64,000 bases of DNA from an uncultured Candidatus Saccharibacteria bacterium (GTDB lineage: Bacteria > Patescibacteriota > Minisyncoccia > Portnoybacterales > UBA2143). This document shows, one piece after another, positions 50,838-59,326 of this stretch. Under the pieces are notes generated by a model, which saw nothing but the letters and a program-made list of their open reading frames with translations, ran no database searches and was not told the DNA's origin. The stretch spans positions 459 through 64,458 of the forward strand of contig CAYPQZ010000014.1 of assembly GCA_964413015.1 (NCBI GenBank). The letters run 5' to 3'. Each line of letters opens with the position of its first letter. The first letter of the stretch is position 1. The translations under genes and the position numbers were made by a program.

Positions 50838-50906
50838 TAGCCCGTATTTTGTAGCTTGTATTTCGTACGAATCAAATACTAAATACTAAATACTAAATAC
50901 TAAACA
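50835..50906. repeat. Heptamer palindromic element with (AAATACT)x4
   Basis: tagtagcccgtattttgtagcttgtatttcgtacgaatc aaatact aaatact aaatact aaatact aaac. Confidence 0.8.
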
Positions 50907-51344
50907 ATGGCTAATCGTCATTTATCTCGTTCCGTTGCCATGCAGTCTCTTTATGAGTGGGATTTCAAAGGGAAAAACCCTGGTCAGTTAAAAGAAATCG
51001 TTAAACGGTCAATTAAAGAGTTTGCTCCAGGCCTGGAAGAAACCGATTTTGTCTGGCAAATAATTGACGGAGTGATTAAAAATTTACCCAAACTGGATAA
51101 GATCATTGAAAAATCGGCTCCAGAGTGGCCTCTTGAACAGATTACTGTCGTTGACCGTAATGTTTTAAGAATTGGGTTATACGAACTGCTTTTTGGCAGC
51201 CGGAACGAAGTTCCTCCAAAAGTGGCTATTAACGAGGCGATTGAATTAGCTAAAACCTTCGGCGGCGAATCTTCAGGCAAATTTATTAACGGGGTTTTAG
51301 GAACTGTTTACCGGGAAATTGGAGAACCCGGAAAAGACGAGTAA
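50907..51344 (+). CDS. nusB: Transcription antitermination factor NusB
   Basis: [39 protein letters not shown]. Confidence 0.97.
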   Translation: MANRHLSRSVAMQSLYEWDFKGKNPGQLKEIVKRSIKEFAPGLEETDFVWQIIDGVIKNLPKLDKIIEKSAPEWPLEQITVVDRNVLRIGLYELLFGSRNEVPPKVAINEAIELAKTFGGESSGKFINGVLGTVYREIGEPGKDE

Positions 51345-51454
51345 AATTTTGTAATTTTTAATTTTATGATTTTGTAAATAAATCTTAATTTCTAAGTTTT
51401 AAAAATTAAATCATTAAAAATTATTTAAAAATTAAAAATTGGAAATTAAAAATT
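51343..51454 (+). repeat. 112-bp AT-rich element, copy 1 (direct repeat flanking rnc)
   Basis: Three mismatches versus 52150-52261 by manual comparison. Confidence 0.92.
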
Positions 51455-51461
51455 TCCTCTT

Positions 51462-52148
51462 ATGGCTTTATCTTCTTTGGAAAAATCTATTGGCGTTGAG
51501 TTTAAGAACAAGGATTTGCTTCAGCAGTCCTTGATCCATCGTTCCTATTTAAATGAAAATCCGGATTTCCGTTTAAAAGATAATGAACGGCTTGAATTTT
51601 TAGGAGACGCGGTGTTGGAAATGGCAGTTACCGAGCATCTTTACGATAATTATCCCAATCCGGAAGGCGAATTGACTAACTGGCGGGCCGCTTTGGTCAA
51701 TGCCAAAATGTTAGCCAAGGTGGCTAGTCGGCTAGAAGTAAACAACCATTTACTTTTGAGCCGCGGAGAGAAAAAAGATATTGGTAGGGCCCGTCAATAT
51801 ATTTTAGCCGACGCGTTTGAGGCCCTAATCGGAGCGATTTTTCTGGATCAGGGATACGATAAAGTCAGCAAGTTCATTGAAGGCAATATTTTAAAGGAAC
51901 TGCCCAAAATTATTTCGCAAAAGCTTTACAAAGATCCTAAAAGCGACTTTCAAGAGAGATCTCAGGAAAGGGTCGGAGTTACTCCTACATATGAAGTCCT
52001 TAAGGAATGGGGTCCTGACCATGCTAAAAACTTTATAGTCGGCCTTTATTTGGGAGAAGAATTAATAGCTCAAGGACAGGGCGTTTCCAAGCAGGAAGCC
52101 CAGGAAAAAGCGGCCGAAGAGGCCCTAAAGACGAAAAAATGGGAATAA
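51462..52148 (+). CDS. rnc: Ribonuclease III
   Basis: HRSY, NERLEFLGDAVL, ADAFEALIGAIFLD, dsRBD with GPDH. Confidence 0.98.
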   Translation: MALSSLEKSIGVEFKNKDLLQQSLIHRSYLNENPDFRLKDNERLEFLGDAVLEMAVTEHLYDNYPNPEGELTNWRAALVNAKMLAKVASRLEVNNHLLLSRGEKKDIGRARQYILADAFEALIGAIFLDQGYDKVSKFIEGNILKELPKIISQKLYKDPKSDFQERSQERVGVTPTYEVLKEWGPDHAKNFIVGLYLGEELIAQGQGVSKQEAQEKAAEEALKTKKWE

Positions 52149-52149
52149 G

Positions 52150-52261
52150 AAAATTTTGTAATTTTTAATTTTATAATTTTGTAAATGAATCTTAATTTCT
52201 AATTTTTAAAAATTAAATCATTAAAAATTATTTAAAAATTAAAAATTGGAAATTAAAAATT
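52150..52261 (+). repeat. 112-bp AT-rich element, copy 2
   Basis: Near-identical to 51343-51454. Confidence 0.92.
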
Positions 52262-52266
52262 AAGCT

Positions 52267-52683
52267 ATGCTTACTATTCGTTTAATTAGAACAGGGAAAA
52301 AGAACAAATCCAATTTCAGAGTTATTCTTGCAGAAAAAACAGTTTCGCCTAAAAGCGGGAAGTTTTTAGAATTATTAGGGAATTACAATCCCCATCAGAA
52401 GGAGATTAGTTTTAAAAAAGAGCGGATAAAATACTGGATTTCCAAAGGAGCTAAGGCGTCTGATACCGTTCATAATCTGTTAGTGAGAGAAGGAGTAATT
52501 AAAGGTCCTAAAATTAAGAAAAAGATAAAAATTAAGAAGAAAAAAGCGGCAGAGGAACCAAAAGAGAAGGCTCCGGCGCAAGACCAAGTTTCTGATTCAA
52601 AAGACGTTGAGCAAAAAATTGACTCCGTAAAAAAAAACGGAGTTGACAAATCTGAAAAGAAGGAATATAATAAAGAAGATTAG
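52267..52683 (+). CDS. rpsP: 30S ribosomal protein S16 with C-terminal extension
   Basis: IRLIRTGKK, GKFLE.LG.YNP, YWISKGA..SDTV. Confidence 0.95.
   Translation: MLTIRLIRTGKKNKSNFRVILAEKTVSPKSGKFLELLGNYNPHQKEISFKKERIKYWISKGAKASDTVHNLLVREGVIKGPKIKKKIKIKKKKAAEEPKEKAPAQDQVSDSKDVEQKIDSVKKNGVDKSEKKEYNKED
52643..52671 (+). promoter_or_regulatory. Consensus sigma70 promoter inside the rpsP 3' end, upstream of the KH-domain gene
   Basis: TTGACA-17 nt-TATAAT. Confidence 0.75.
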
Positions 52684-52797
52684 CAGTCTTATGGAAAAGG
52701 TCGAACTGCTATAAATGCGAAAATCTTGAATGAATTAGTCTACAATTAATTTCCGGTAACTGTTAAATTATTGGAAATAATTGTTGGTTATAGAAAT

Positions 52798-53142
52798 ATG
52801 GCTAAGATGCCTACTGATCAAGAATTTCTGGAGTTTATTATCAAGTCCATAGTTTCTCACCCCGACGACGTTAAGGTAGTCCGAACCGTTGACGAGATGG
52901 GAGTCCTATTAAATCTTAAGGTTCACCCTGAAGATATGGGGCAGGTTATTGGACGAGAAGGATCTACTGCCAGGGCGATTCGAAGCATTCTTAGGGTAAT
53001 TGGCGTTAAGAATAATGCTCGAATTAATCTTAAGATTGAAGAGCCGGAAGGCGGCAGGGTCAATCGACCCCAGGAAAAGGAACCTACTTCTGAAGAGCCT
53101 AAGAAAGGCGTTGACGAAGTAGTTGAAGAGTTAAAACTGTAA
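52798..53142 (+). CDS. khpA: KH-domain RNA-binding protein (likely start ATG 52798)
   Basis: IVSHPDDV, V.PEDMGQVIGREG.TARAIR; rpsP-KH-trmD synteny. Confidence 0.88.
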   Translation: MAKMPTDQEFLEFIIKSIVSHPDDVKVVRTVDEMGVLLNLKVHPEDMGQVIGREGSTARAIRSILRVIGVKNNARINLKIEEPEGGRVNRPQEKEPTSEEPKKGVDEVVEELKL

Positions 53143-53170
53143 AATTTCACTCTTTAATTTTGTAGAGTTT

Positions 53171-53206
53171 AGAAAGCCGTGCTATCATAATAGTACGGTT
53201 TTCTTC
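53171..53206 (+). terminator. Intrinsic terminator
   Basis: agaaagccgtgctat-cata-atagtacggttttct. Confidence 0.65.
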
Positions 53207-53238
53207 TATTGGGGACTGTCCCCAAAAATAAAATAGTC

Positions 53239-53898
53239 ATGCGGTTTGATATTATAACAATTTTTCCTGAGATATTTGGTTCATACTTCAATGAATCAAT
53301 CATTAAAAAGGCCCGGCAAAAAAAGTTGGTTAAAATTAACATTCACAATTTGCGGGATTATACTTCTGACAAACGTAAAAGCGTAGACGATAAACCATAT
53401 GGTGGCGGATTCGGCATGGTTTTAATAGCCGAGCCGATAAAAAAAGCTGTTGATTTTATCAAAAGGAAATCCAGGGTTAAAAAAAGAAAAATAATTTTGC
53501 TGTCGGCCAAGGGTAAGAAATTTGATCAAAAAATAGCCAAGAGATTTTCTAAATTGGAGCAGCTTGTTTTAGTCTGTGGTCGGTATGAAGGAGTTGATGA
53601 GCGAGTGGCTAAATATGTTGCTGATGAAGAAATTTCTATTGGTGACTATATCCTGACCGGCGGTGAGATCCCGGCCATGATTTTGGTGGATTCAATTACT
53701 AGATTAATTCCGGGGGTTATTACCGAGGGTTCGTTGGAAGAAGAAAGTTTTACTCGAAACGACAAACATAAAGAATATCCTCATTATACTCGTCCAGAAA
53801 CTATAATTATTGACGGCAAAAAAAGAAACGTTCCGAAAGTCCTTATATCCGGCAATCATCAAAAGATTAAAGAGTGGAAAAAGAAGTTAACCAAGTAG
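53239..53898 (+). CDS. trmD: tRNA (guanine37-N1)-methyltransferase (likely start ATG 53239)
   Basis: VDDKPYGGG.GMV, CGRYEGVDER, SIGDYILTGGE, EYPHYTRP. Confidence 0.97.
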   Translation: MRFDIITIFPEIFGSYFNESIIKKARQKKLVKINIHNLRDYTSDKRKSVDDKPYGGGFGMVLIAEPIKKAVDFIKRKSRVKKRKIILLSAKGKKFDQKIAKRFSKLEQLVLVCGRYEGVDERVAKYVADEEISIGDYILTGGEIPAMILVDSITRLIPGVITEGSLEEESFTRNDKHKEYPHYTRPETIIIDGKKRNVPKVLISGNHQKIKEWKKKLTK

Positions 53899-53967
53899 AA
53901 GAATTTTGAATATCTCTAATTTAAATTTCAACAAAGTTGAAATTTGTTTCAAAATTTCTCTACTTGG

Positions 53968-54012
53968 TTGACAGGAAAACTTGGATAATATAGAATAAAG
54001 AAGCTCTTTGAT
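53968..54012 (+). promoter_or_regulatory. rRNA promoter and boxA-like antiterminator
   Basis: TTGACA-17 nt-TAGAAT followed by GCTCTTTGATAA. Confidence 0.75.
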
Positions 54013-54047
54013 AATTTAATAAGCAATTGCAATTTTGTGCAGTTGTC

Positions 54048-54083
54048 CCAGCCCGCAATGCTTCGCATAGCGATGCAGGCGGG
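54048..54083 (+). repeat. 36-bp palindromic element (pheS-type) in the 16S leader
   Basis: ccagcccgcaatgcttcgcatagcgatgcaggcggg. Confidence 0.85.
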
Positions 54084-54100
54084 CCAAATTAGTTTTTATT

Positions 54101-54140
<40 letters not shown>

Positions 54141-54961
54141 GATAAGGCATGCAAGTCGAGCGATCCCCGATTTATCGGGGAGAGCGGCGAACGGGTTAGT
54201 AACGCGTAGGAATCTGCTCTTGACTTGGGAATAGCTTCGTGAAAGCGAAGATAATACCCAATAGTCCCGCAAGGGTAAAGGTTGTCGCCTTAGGCGACTT
54301 CCGGTCAAGAAGGAGCCTGCGTCCTATCAGCTTGTTGGTAAGGTAATGGCTTACCAAGGCGATGACGGGTAGGGGGAGTGAGAGCTTGGCCCCCAACAAT
54401 GGGACTGAGACACGGCCCATACACCTACGGGTGGCAGCAGTCGAGAATCTTCCACAATGGGCGAAAGCCTGATGGAGCGACGCCGCATGAACGATGAATC
54501 CCTTCGGGGTGTAAAGTTCTTTTCTGCCGGAATAATTCGCTTTCGAGCGTTTGAAGGTACGGCAGGAATAAGGGGTGGCTAACTTCGTGCCAGAAGCCTC
54601 GGTAATACGAAGGCCCCAAGCGTTATCCGGAATCACTGGGCGTAAAGCGTAGGTAGGCGGTTTTAATAGTGATTGGTTAAATTCCGAAGCTCAACTTCGG
54701 AGCTGCCAATCAAACGTTAAGACTGGAGCAAGCGAGAGGCTGATGGAACTTACCAAGTAGGGGTGAAATCCGTTGATATGGTAGGGAACACCAAAGGCGA
54801 AGGCAATCAGCTGGCGCTTGGCTGACGCTGAGCTACGAAAGCGTGGGGAGAGAAAAGGATTAGATACCCTTGTATTCCACGCCGTAAACGATGTCAACTA
54901 GCCGTTTGGAGTATCGACCCTCTGAGTGGCGAAGCTAACGCATTAAGTTGACCGCCTGGGA

Positions 54962-54993
<32 letters not shown>

Positions 54994-55462
54994 AGACGGG
55001 GACTTGCACAAGCGGTGGACCATGTGGTTTAATTCGACGATAAGCGAGGAACCTTACCAGGGCTAGACAGCCTGATGAACGTTCCGAGAAATCGGAATTT
55101 TCTTACAAGGACATCAGGGTCAGGTGGTGCACGGTTGTCGTCAGCATGTACTGTGAAGCGCTCCCTTAAATGGGTTAACATGCGCAACCCTCGCTCTGTG
55201 TTATATGTGTCACAGAGGACTGCCTCCGGATAGGAGGAGAAAGGCGAGGATGACGCCAAATCAGCGTGTTCTTTGATGCCCTGGGCGACACACGTGGTAC
55301 AATGGTCGGGACAATGGGTTGCCAAGCCGTAAGGCGGAGCTAATCCCATCAAACTCGGCCCCAGTTCGGATTGAGGGCTGCAATTCGCCCTCATGAAGCC
55401 GGAATCGCTAGTAATCGCGGATCAGCCATGCCGCGGTGAATACGTTCTCAAGTCTTGTACTC

Positions 55463-56430
55463 GGGTGCCATGCAGTTTTAGAAGCTAGTCCGTTAAAATC
55501 GGACCAAGAGTATTACAGGATTCTTGAAGTAAAATCGCAGTCCTGACGCGCGAGCGATTGGGATGAAGGGCGAAAGTAGCATTTTCTAGCTTGAGCATTT
55601 GTTTTAGGCCTTATACATTGACGACCTTTCGAGTACATAGGGAAGTCGCCTGTAAATAATAATGTCTAAGGTGCAGAAATGCCGAGATGGAGAAGAAATG
55701 TTTTTAAGATGACCATGGGAGATCTCGTATAATCTTGAGGTTATACACAAGGCAAGTTTTATTTTCTGTGGTAAACTAACCTCTAGTAGGAATAAGAGTA
55801 ATTTTATTCCAATGTTATGCGAGAAGTCAGCAGAGTTCATAGTACCCAGCGAAAATTAAAGAAACCGTTGGGGAAGGAACGAATCTATCAAAAGAAATTA
55901 CATCCCCAATATATTGCTGGATTTATCGATGCAGAAGGATCTTTTTCAGTTAGTTTAGGTAAGAACAGAACAACGCGTAGAGGAATTGAGGTTCGTCCGG
56001 AATTCGAAATAGAACTTCGGGCTGATGATCAAGAAATATTGGAACGTTTACTGGTTACTATCGGATGTGGAAAAATCTATGATTGCTCATATGATCGTTA
56101 TGGATGGTATCCACACGTAAAATATAAAATAACCAGTATTAAAGATATAAACGAATATTTATTCCCTTTTCTTGACAAAACTCCTTTGCAAGCGAAGAAA
56201 GTAAAGACTTATAAACTTTTTCGTGAAATTATAATGATAATGCTTCGGAAAGATCATTTGACTGATAAAGGTTATCATCGGATAGAAAAATTAAGAAATC
56301 AGATTCGGCAAATGGGTAAAAAGGCAAAAACATTCGGGTATTTGCCTAAAAAATAATTTTGATAGAAACCGCCAGGATACGGGAAAACCGTTCGTCCGGT
56401 GGTGTGAGACATTTATTCAATGATCTCGAT
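55463..56430 (+). mobile_element. Group II intron with IIC-like motifs in 16S rRNA, between E. coli-equivalent positions ~1397/1398
   Basis: 5' GGGTG, 3' AT; removal restores GTACTC|ACCGCCCGTC; EBS1 GAGTAC (55631-36) complementary to the exon end; DIII AGAAGTCAGCAGAG..ATAGTACC; DV 56368-56403 with CGC triad; DVI bulged A at 56423. Confidence 0.92.
55817..56356 (+). CDS. Single-motif LAGLIDADG homing endonuclease
   Basis: YIAGFIDAEGSF motif, F.IEL...D..IL, GCG.I, L.PFL.K.PL..KK. Confidence 0.93.
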   Translation: MREVSRVHSTQRKLKKPLGKERIYQKKLHPQYIAGFIDAEGSFSVSLGKNRTTRRGIEVRPEFEIELRADDQEILERLLVTIGCGKIYDCSYDRYGWYPHVKYKITSIKDINEYLFPFLDKTPLQAKKVKTYKLFREIIMIMLRKDHLTDKGYHRIEKLRNQIRQMGKKAKTFGYLPKK

Positions 56431-56767
56431 ACCGCCCGTCAATTCAGGGAAGCCGGGGATGCTCAAAGTCTCTCGCATTATGTGAGGGCCTAAGGCAGAA
56501 TCGGTAACCAGGAATAAGTCGTAACAAGGCATCGGTAGGGGAACCTGTCGATGGATCACCTCCTTTCTATATATTTTTTGACAGGAACAGGTTTCTGTTG
56601 TCTGCTAAATATATGGGGTGTTGATACAGGTTGAGATATGAGAATTCTTATCTCAACTAGTAGGTGTTGGCCGAAAAGCCTTAAATATCGGCCATATGGG
56701 ACAACTACACAAGATTTGCAATTTGACTAAAGAACCTTGTTTAATACAGACAGGGTTTTTTAGTTTT

Positions 56768-57730
56768 ATGAATACACAACAATTACTATATAAGAAAGCA
56801 CCACGATCCATTGACATTTTTAATAGAAATACAAAGAAAGCACCACGATCTAGTAACAATTTAGCTATTTCAAGTATAATTCCTGAGTTTTTAATCTACG
56901 CTAAATTTGAAAAAAGATTTGCCAATGAGTCCATAATTAAATACCAAGACTGTTTTAGGGGTTTTATAAGAGAAGTTGGAGATGTTTTTTTAAGTGATTT
57001 AAATACAGAGCATTTTAGTCAATTAAAGCAGAATCTTTTTAGCCGGGGGATTAGTGAAGCAAGGGTAGCTAGTGTTATTTTCTCAATGAAGAGTTTATTA
57101 AATTATTGTAAAGAGGTTAAGCATTTAAAAGTAATTAGTTCTAGGAAAATAAGATCTCCAAGACGGCCCAGGAGGGAGGTTATTTTTTTAAGTAATGAAG
57201 AAATTAGAAAATTTATAAAAGTAATAGATATAAAATCAACTTATGGATTAAGATTCAGAACATTAGTTGAAGTTCTTCTTGGTACTGGAATGAGAATATC
57301 AGAAGCATTATCTTTAGATCGTGATTCAATTGATTATGCAAAACGAGAAGTTAAAATTATCGGTAAAGGGAATAAAGAAAGGATTGTGTTTTTTAATAAT
57401 AGATCTCTAGAGTGGATTAGAAAGTATCTATCCGAGAGATGGGATGCTGAACAACCTATATTTATAACGCATGGAAACAATAGACGATTAAGTCGTAGTG
57501 GCGTTATGAGAGATTTTAAGAGATACAGGGATAAAGCCGGTATTAAAAAGAAAGTTAGTCCTCATATACTTCGTCATACTGTAGCTACAAATCTACTTTT
57601 TAATGGTTGTCCAATTTCGCATGTAAAAGAAATTCTTGGCCATACGCGCTTAGAAACAACTTGTAAATATTATTTAGGATTAGATAAGCGAAAAGCCAAA
57701 CAAGCACATAATAAGTTTCTACAATATTGA
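56768..57730 (+). CDS. Tyrosine recombinase (XerC/D-like) 1 (likely start ATG 56768)
   Basis: Catalytic residues intact: GMRISE, IGKGNKER, PHILRH, LGH, TTCKYY. Confidence 0.93.
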   Translation: MNTQQLLYKKAPRSIDIFNRNTKKAPRSSNNLAISSIIPEFLIYAKFEKRFANESIIKYQDCFRGFIREVGDVFLSDLNTEHFSQLKQNLFSRGISEARVASVIFSMKSLLNYCKEVKHLKVISSRKIRSPRRPRREVIFLSNEEIRKFIKVIDIKSTYGLRFRTLVEVLLGTGMRISEALSLDRDSIDYAKREVKIIGKGNKERIVFFNNRSLEWIRKYLSERWDAEQPIFITHGNNRRLSRSGVMRDFKRYRDKAGIKKKVSPHILRHTVATNLLFNGCPISHVKEILGHTRLETTCKYYLGLDKRKAKQAHNKFLQY

Positions 57731-57808
57731 TAGAAATAAAATCAAAAGTATCTTTTTCGTAGGTATATAGGGTTGACAATCTTTAAAAAGAAATGATAAT
57801 ATGTCAAT

Positions 57809-58234
57809 ATGAAAGATAAAAGGAATAATCTGATTATTAGAAAATCTGATTATAAAAGGAATAAAGGAGCCTTTATCTGGGAAGGTAAAAAAGAAGATTA
57901 TACAGAGCTTAAGGAAACAAGAAAATGGAGATGTCTCAAGTGCCACCGAATACTTGCAAATAATGTAGAGAATGATATAATTACGGTTAAAGGAGAAGGA
58001 AGACAAGAAATTAAGATCAGATTTAAAGCAATACGATGTATTTGCCCAGGTTCAAAAAGAAAAGGAACTGAAGGATGTAATACTGATAACAGACTTGTCT
58101 CTTATGTAGATCTCCTGTCGGAAAAATACGAACCGATTCAACTCGTTAAAACTGATTTAAAAATACAAAAAGAAATCGAAGAAAGTAGAAATAAAAATAT
58201 TCAGAATAAGATAGAAGAATTGAGTAATTTGTAA
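57809..58234 (+). CDS. Zn-ribbon protein, Mu Com-like
   Basis: WRCLKCHRILA ... IRCICPG...GCNTDN; preceded by TTGACA-16-GATAAT. Confidence 0.55.
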   Translation: MKDKRNNLIIRKSDYKRNKGAFIWEGKKEDYTELKETRKWRCLKCHRILANNVENDIITVKGEGRQEIKIRFKAIRCICPGSKRKGTEGCNTDNRLVSYVDLLSEKYEPIQLVKTDLKIQKEIEESRNKNIQNKIEELSNL

Positions 58235-58355
58235 TTAACAAGATGGTCAGGTTAGGAGGATGCTATATGTACCCTCTTAAAAAAATCTAGTATTTGGCTA
58301 GTTGTAAAACGTGTTATTAATCCCGTGCATAATTTTATGTGCGGGATTTTTAATT

Positions 58356-59288
58356 ATGAAGATAAGAGAATTACTAAAAGTAATAAAAGAGGGAACAAAA
58401 GGAAAGAAATACCTTATTAGTATTTTAATACCTGATTTTATAGACTGGCTTTCCCTGGATTTAAATTTGGCTCCTCAAACATTAGAGAAGCATAAGGAAT
58501 GTCTCGATCATGTTATTCGTTATATTGGAGATTTAGACATAAGAGAGATGACATCTGTTGATGTTTTAAATATAAAAAAAGAGATGAATAAAAAGAAATT
58601 AAGCCCAGCACGTATTAATAGTATTATTTTTGCACTACGAAAATTATTAAGATTTTGCGATTCTGTTTTAAATATTAAGGTCCTTGATCCAGCTAAAATG
58701 ATTCCATTAAAAATCAAACAAAAGCAGGTTGTATATTTAACTAATAAAGAAATCGATATATTTAGAAAAGCAATTAATACATCAACAAGATACGGGAAGC
58801 GTTTTAGAGCCTTGTTTGAAACTTTGCTTAGTTCGGGTTTACGCATAAGCGAAGCTTTGTCTTTAGATCGTGATTCAATTAATTACGAAAAGAAAGAGGC
58901 TAATATTGTTGGTAAAGGAGGAAGACCTAGGACTGTTTATTTCAATGATGATGCAATAACTCGAATCAATATTTATTTAGAAACTAGATGGGACGATGAA
59001 CCAGCACTTTTTGTTACTCATGGTGGTGAACCAACTAGATTAAAAAGAGGAAGCGTTGAGCAAGAATTTAGTAGGTATAGGAAATTTGTAAATATAAAGA
59101 AAAAAGTTACTGCCCATACTCTAAGACATTCGTTCTGCACAAATTTACATCATCATGGACTTGATATCCTATGGATTAAAGAATTAGCCGGGCATAGAGA
59201 TATTCAAACTACAGCTAAATATTACATTGGTACAAGCAAAAAGAAAATCAAAGAAGCCCACCGTAAATATTTGAATTTTAATAATTAA
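58356..59288 (+). CDS. Tyrosine recombinase (XerC/D-like) 2 (likely start ATG 58356)
   Basis: GLRISE, VGKGGRPR, AHTLRH, AGH, TTAKYY. Confidence 0.93.
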   Translation: MKIRELLKVIKEGTKGKKYLISILIPDFIDWLSLDLNLAPQTLEKHKECLDHVIRYIGDLDIREMTSVDVLNIKKEMNKKKLSPARINSIIFALRKLLRFCDSVLNIKVLDPAKMIPLKIKQKQVVYLTNKEIDIFRKAINTSTRYGKRFRALFETLLSSGLRISEALSLDRDSINYEKKEANIVGKGGRPRTVYFNDDAITRINIYLETRWDDEPALFVTHGGEPTRLKRGSVEQEFSRYRKFVNIKKKVTAHTLRHSFCTNLHHHGLDILWIKELAGHRDIQTTAKYYIGTSKKKIKEAHRKYLNFNN

Positions 59289-59326
59289 TTAATAAGTTAA
59301 TTTTCGTTTAAGGAGTCAGACATAAC

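Noticed and set aside
55463-56430. Group I intron, the usual host of LAGLIDADG genes
   Set aside because: Ends in AT rather than G, and shows group II DV, DVI and EBS1-IBS1 features
56600-56700. tmRNA or tRNA fragment as attachment site after 16S
   Set aside because: GGGG start and hairpins are present, but there is no T-arm, acceptor stem or tag reading frame
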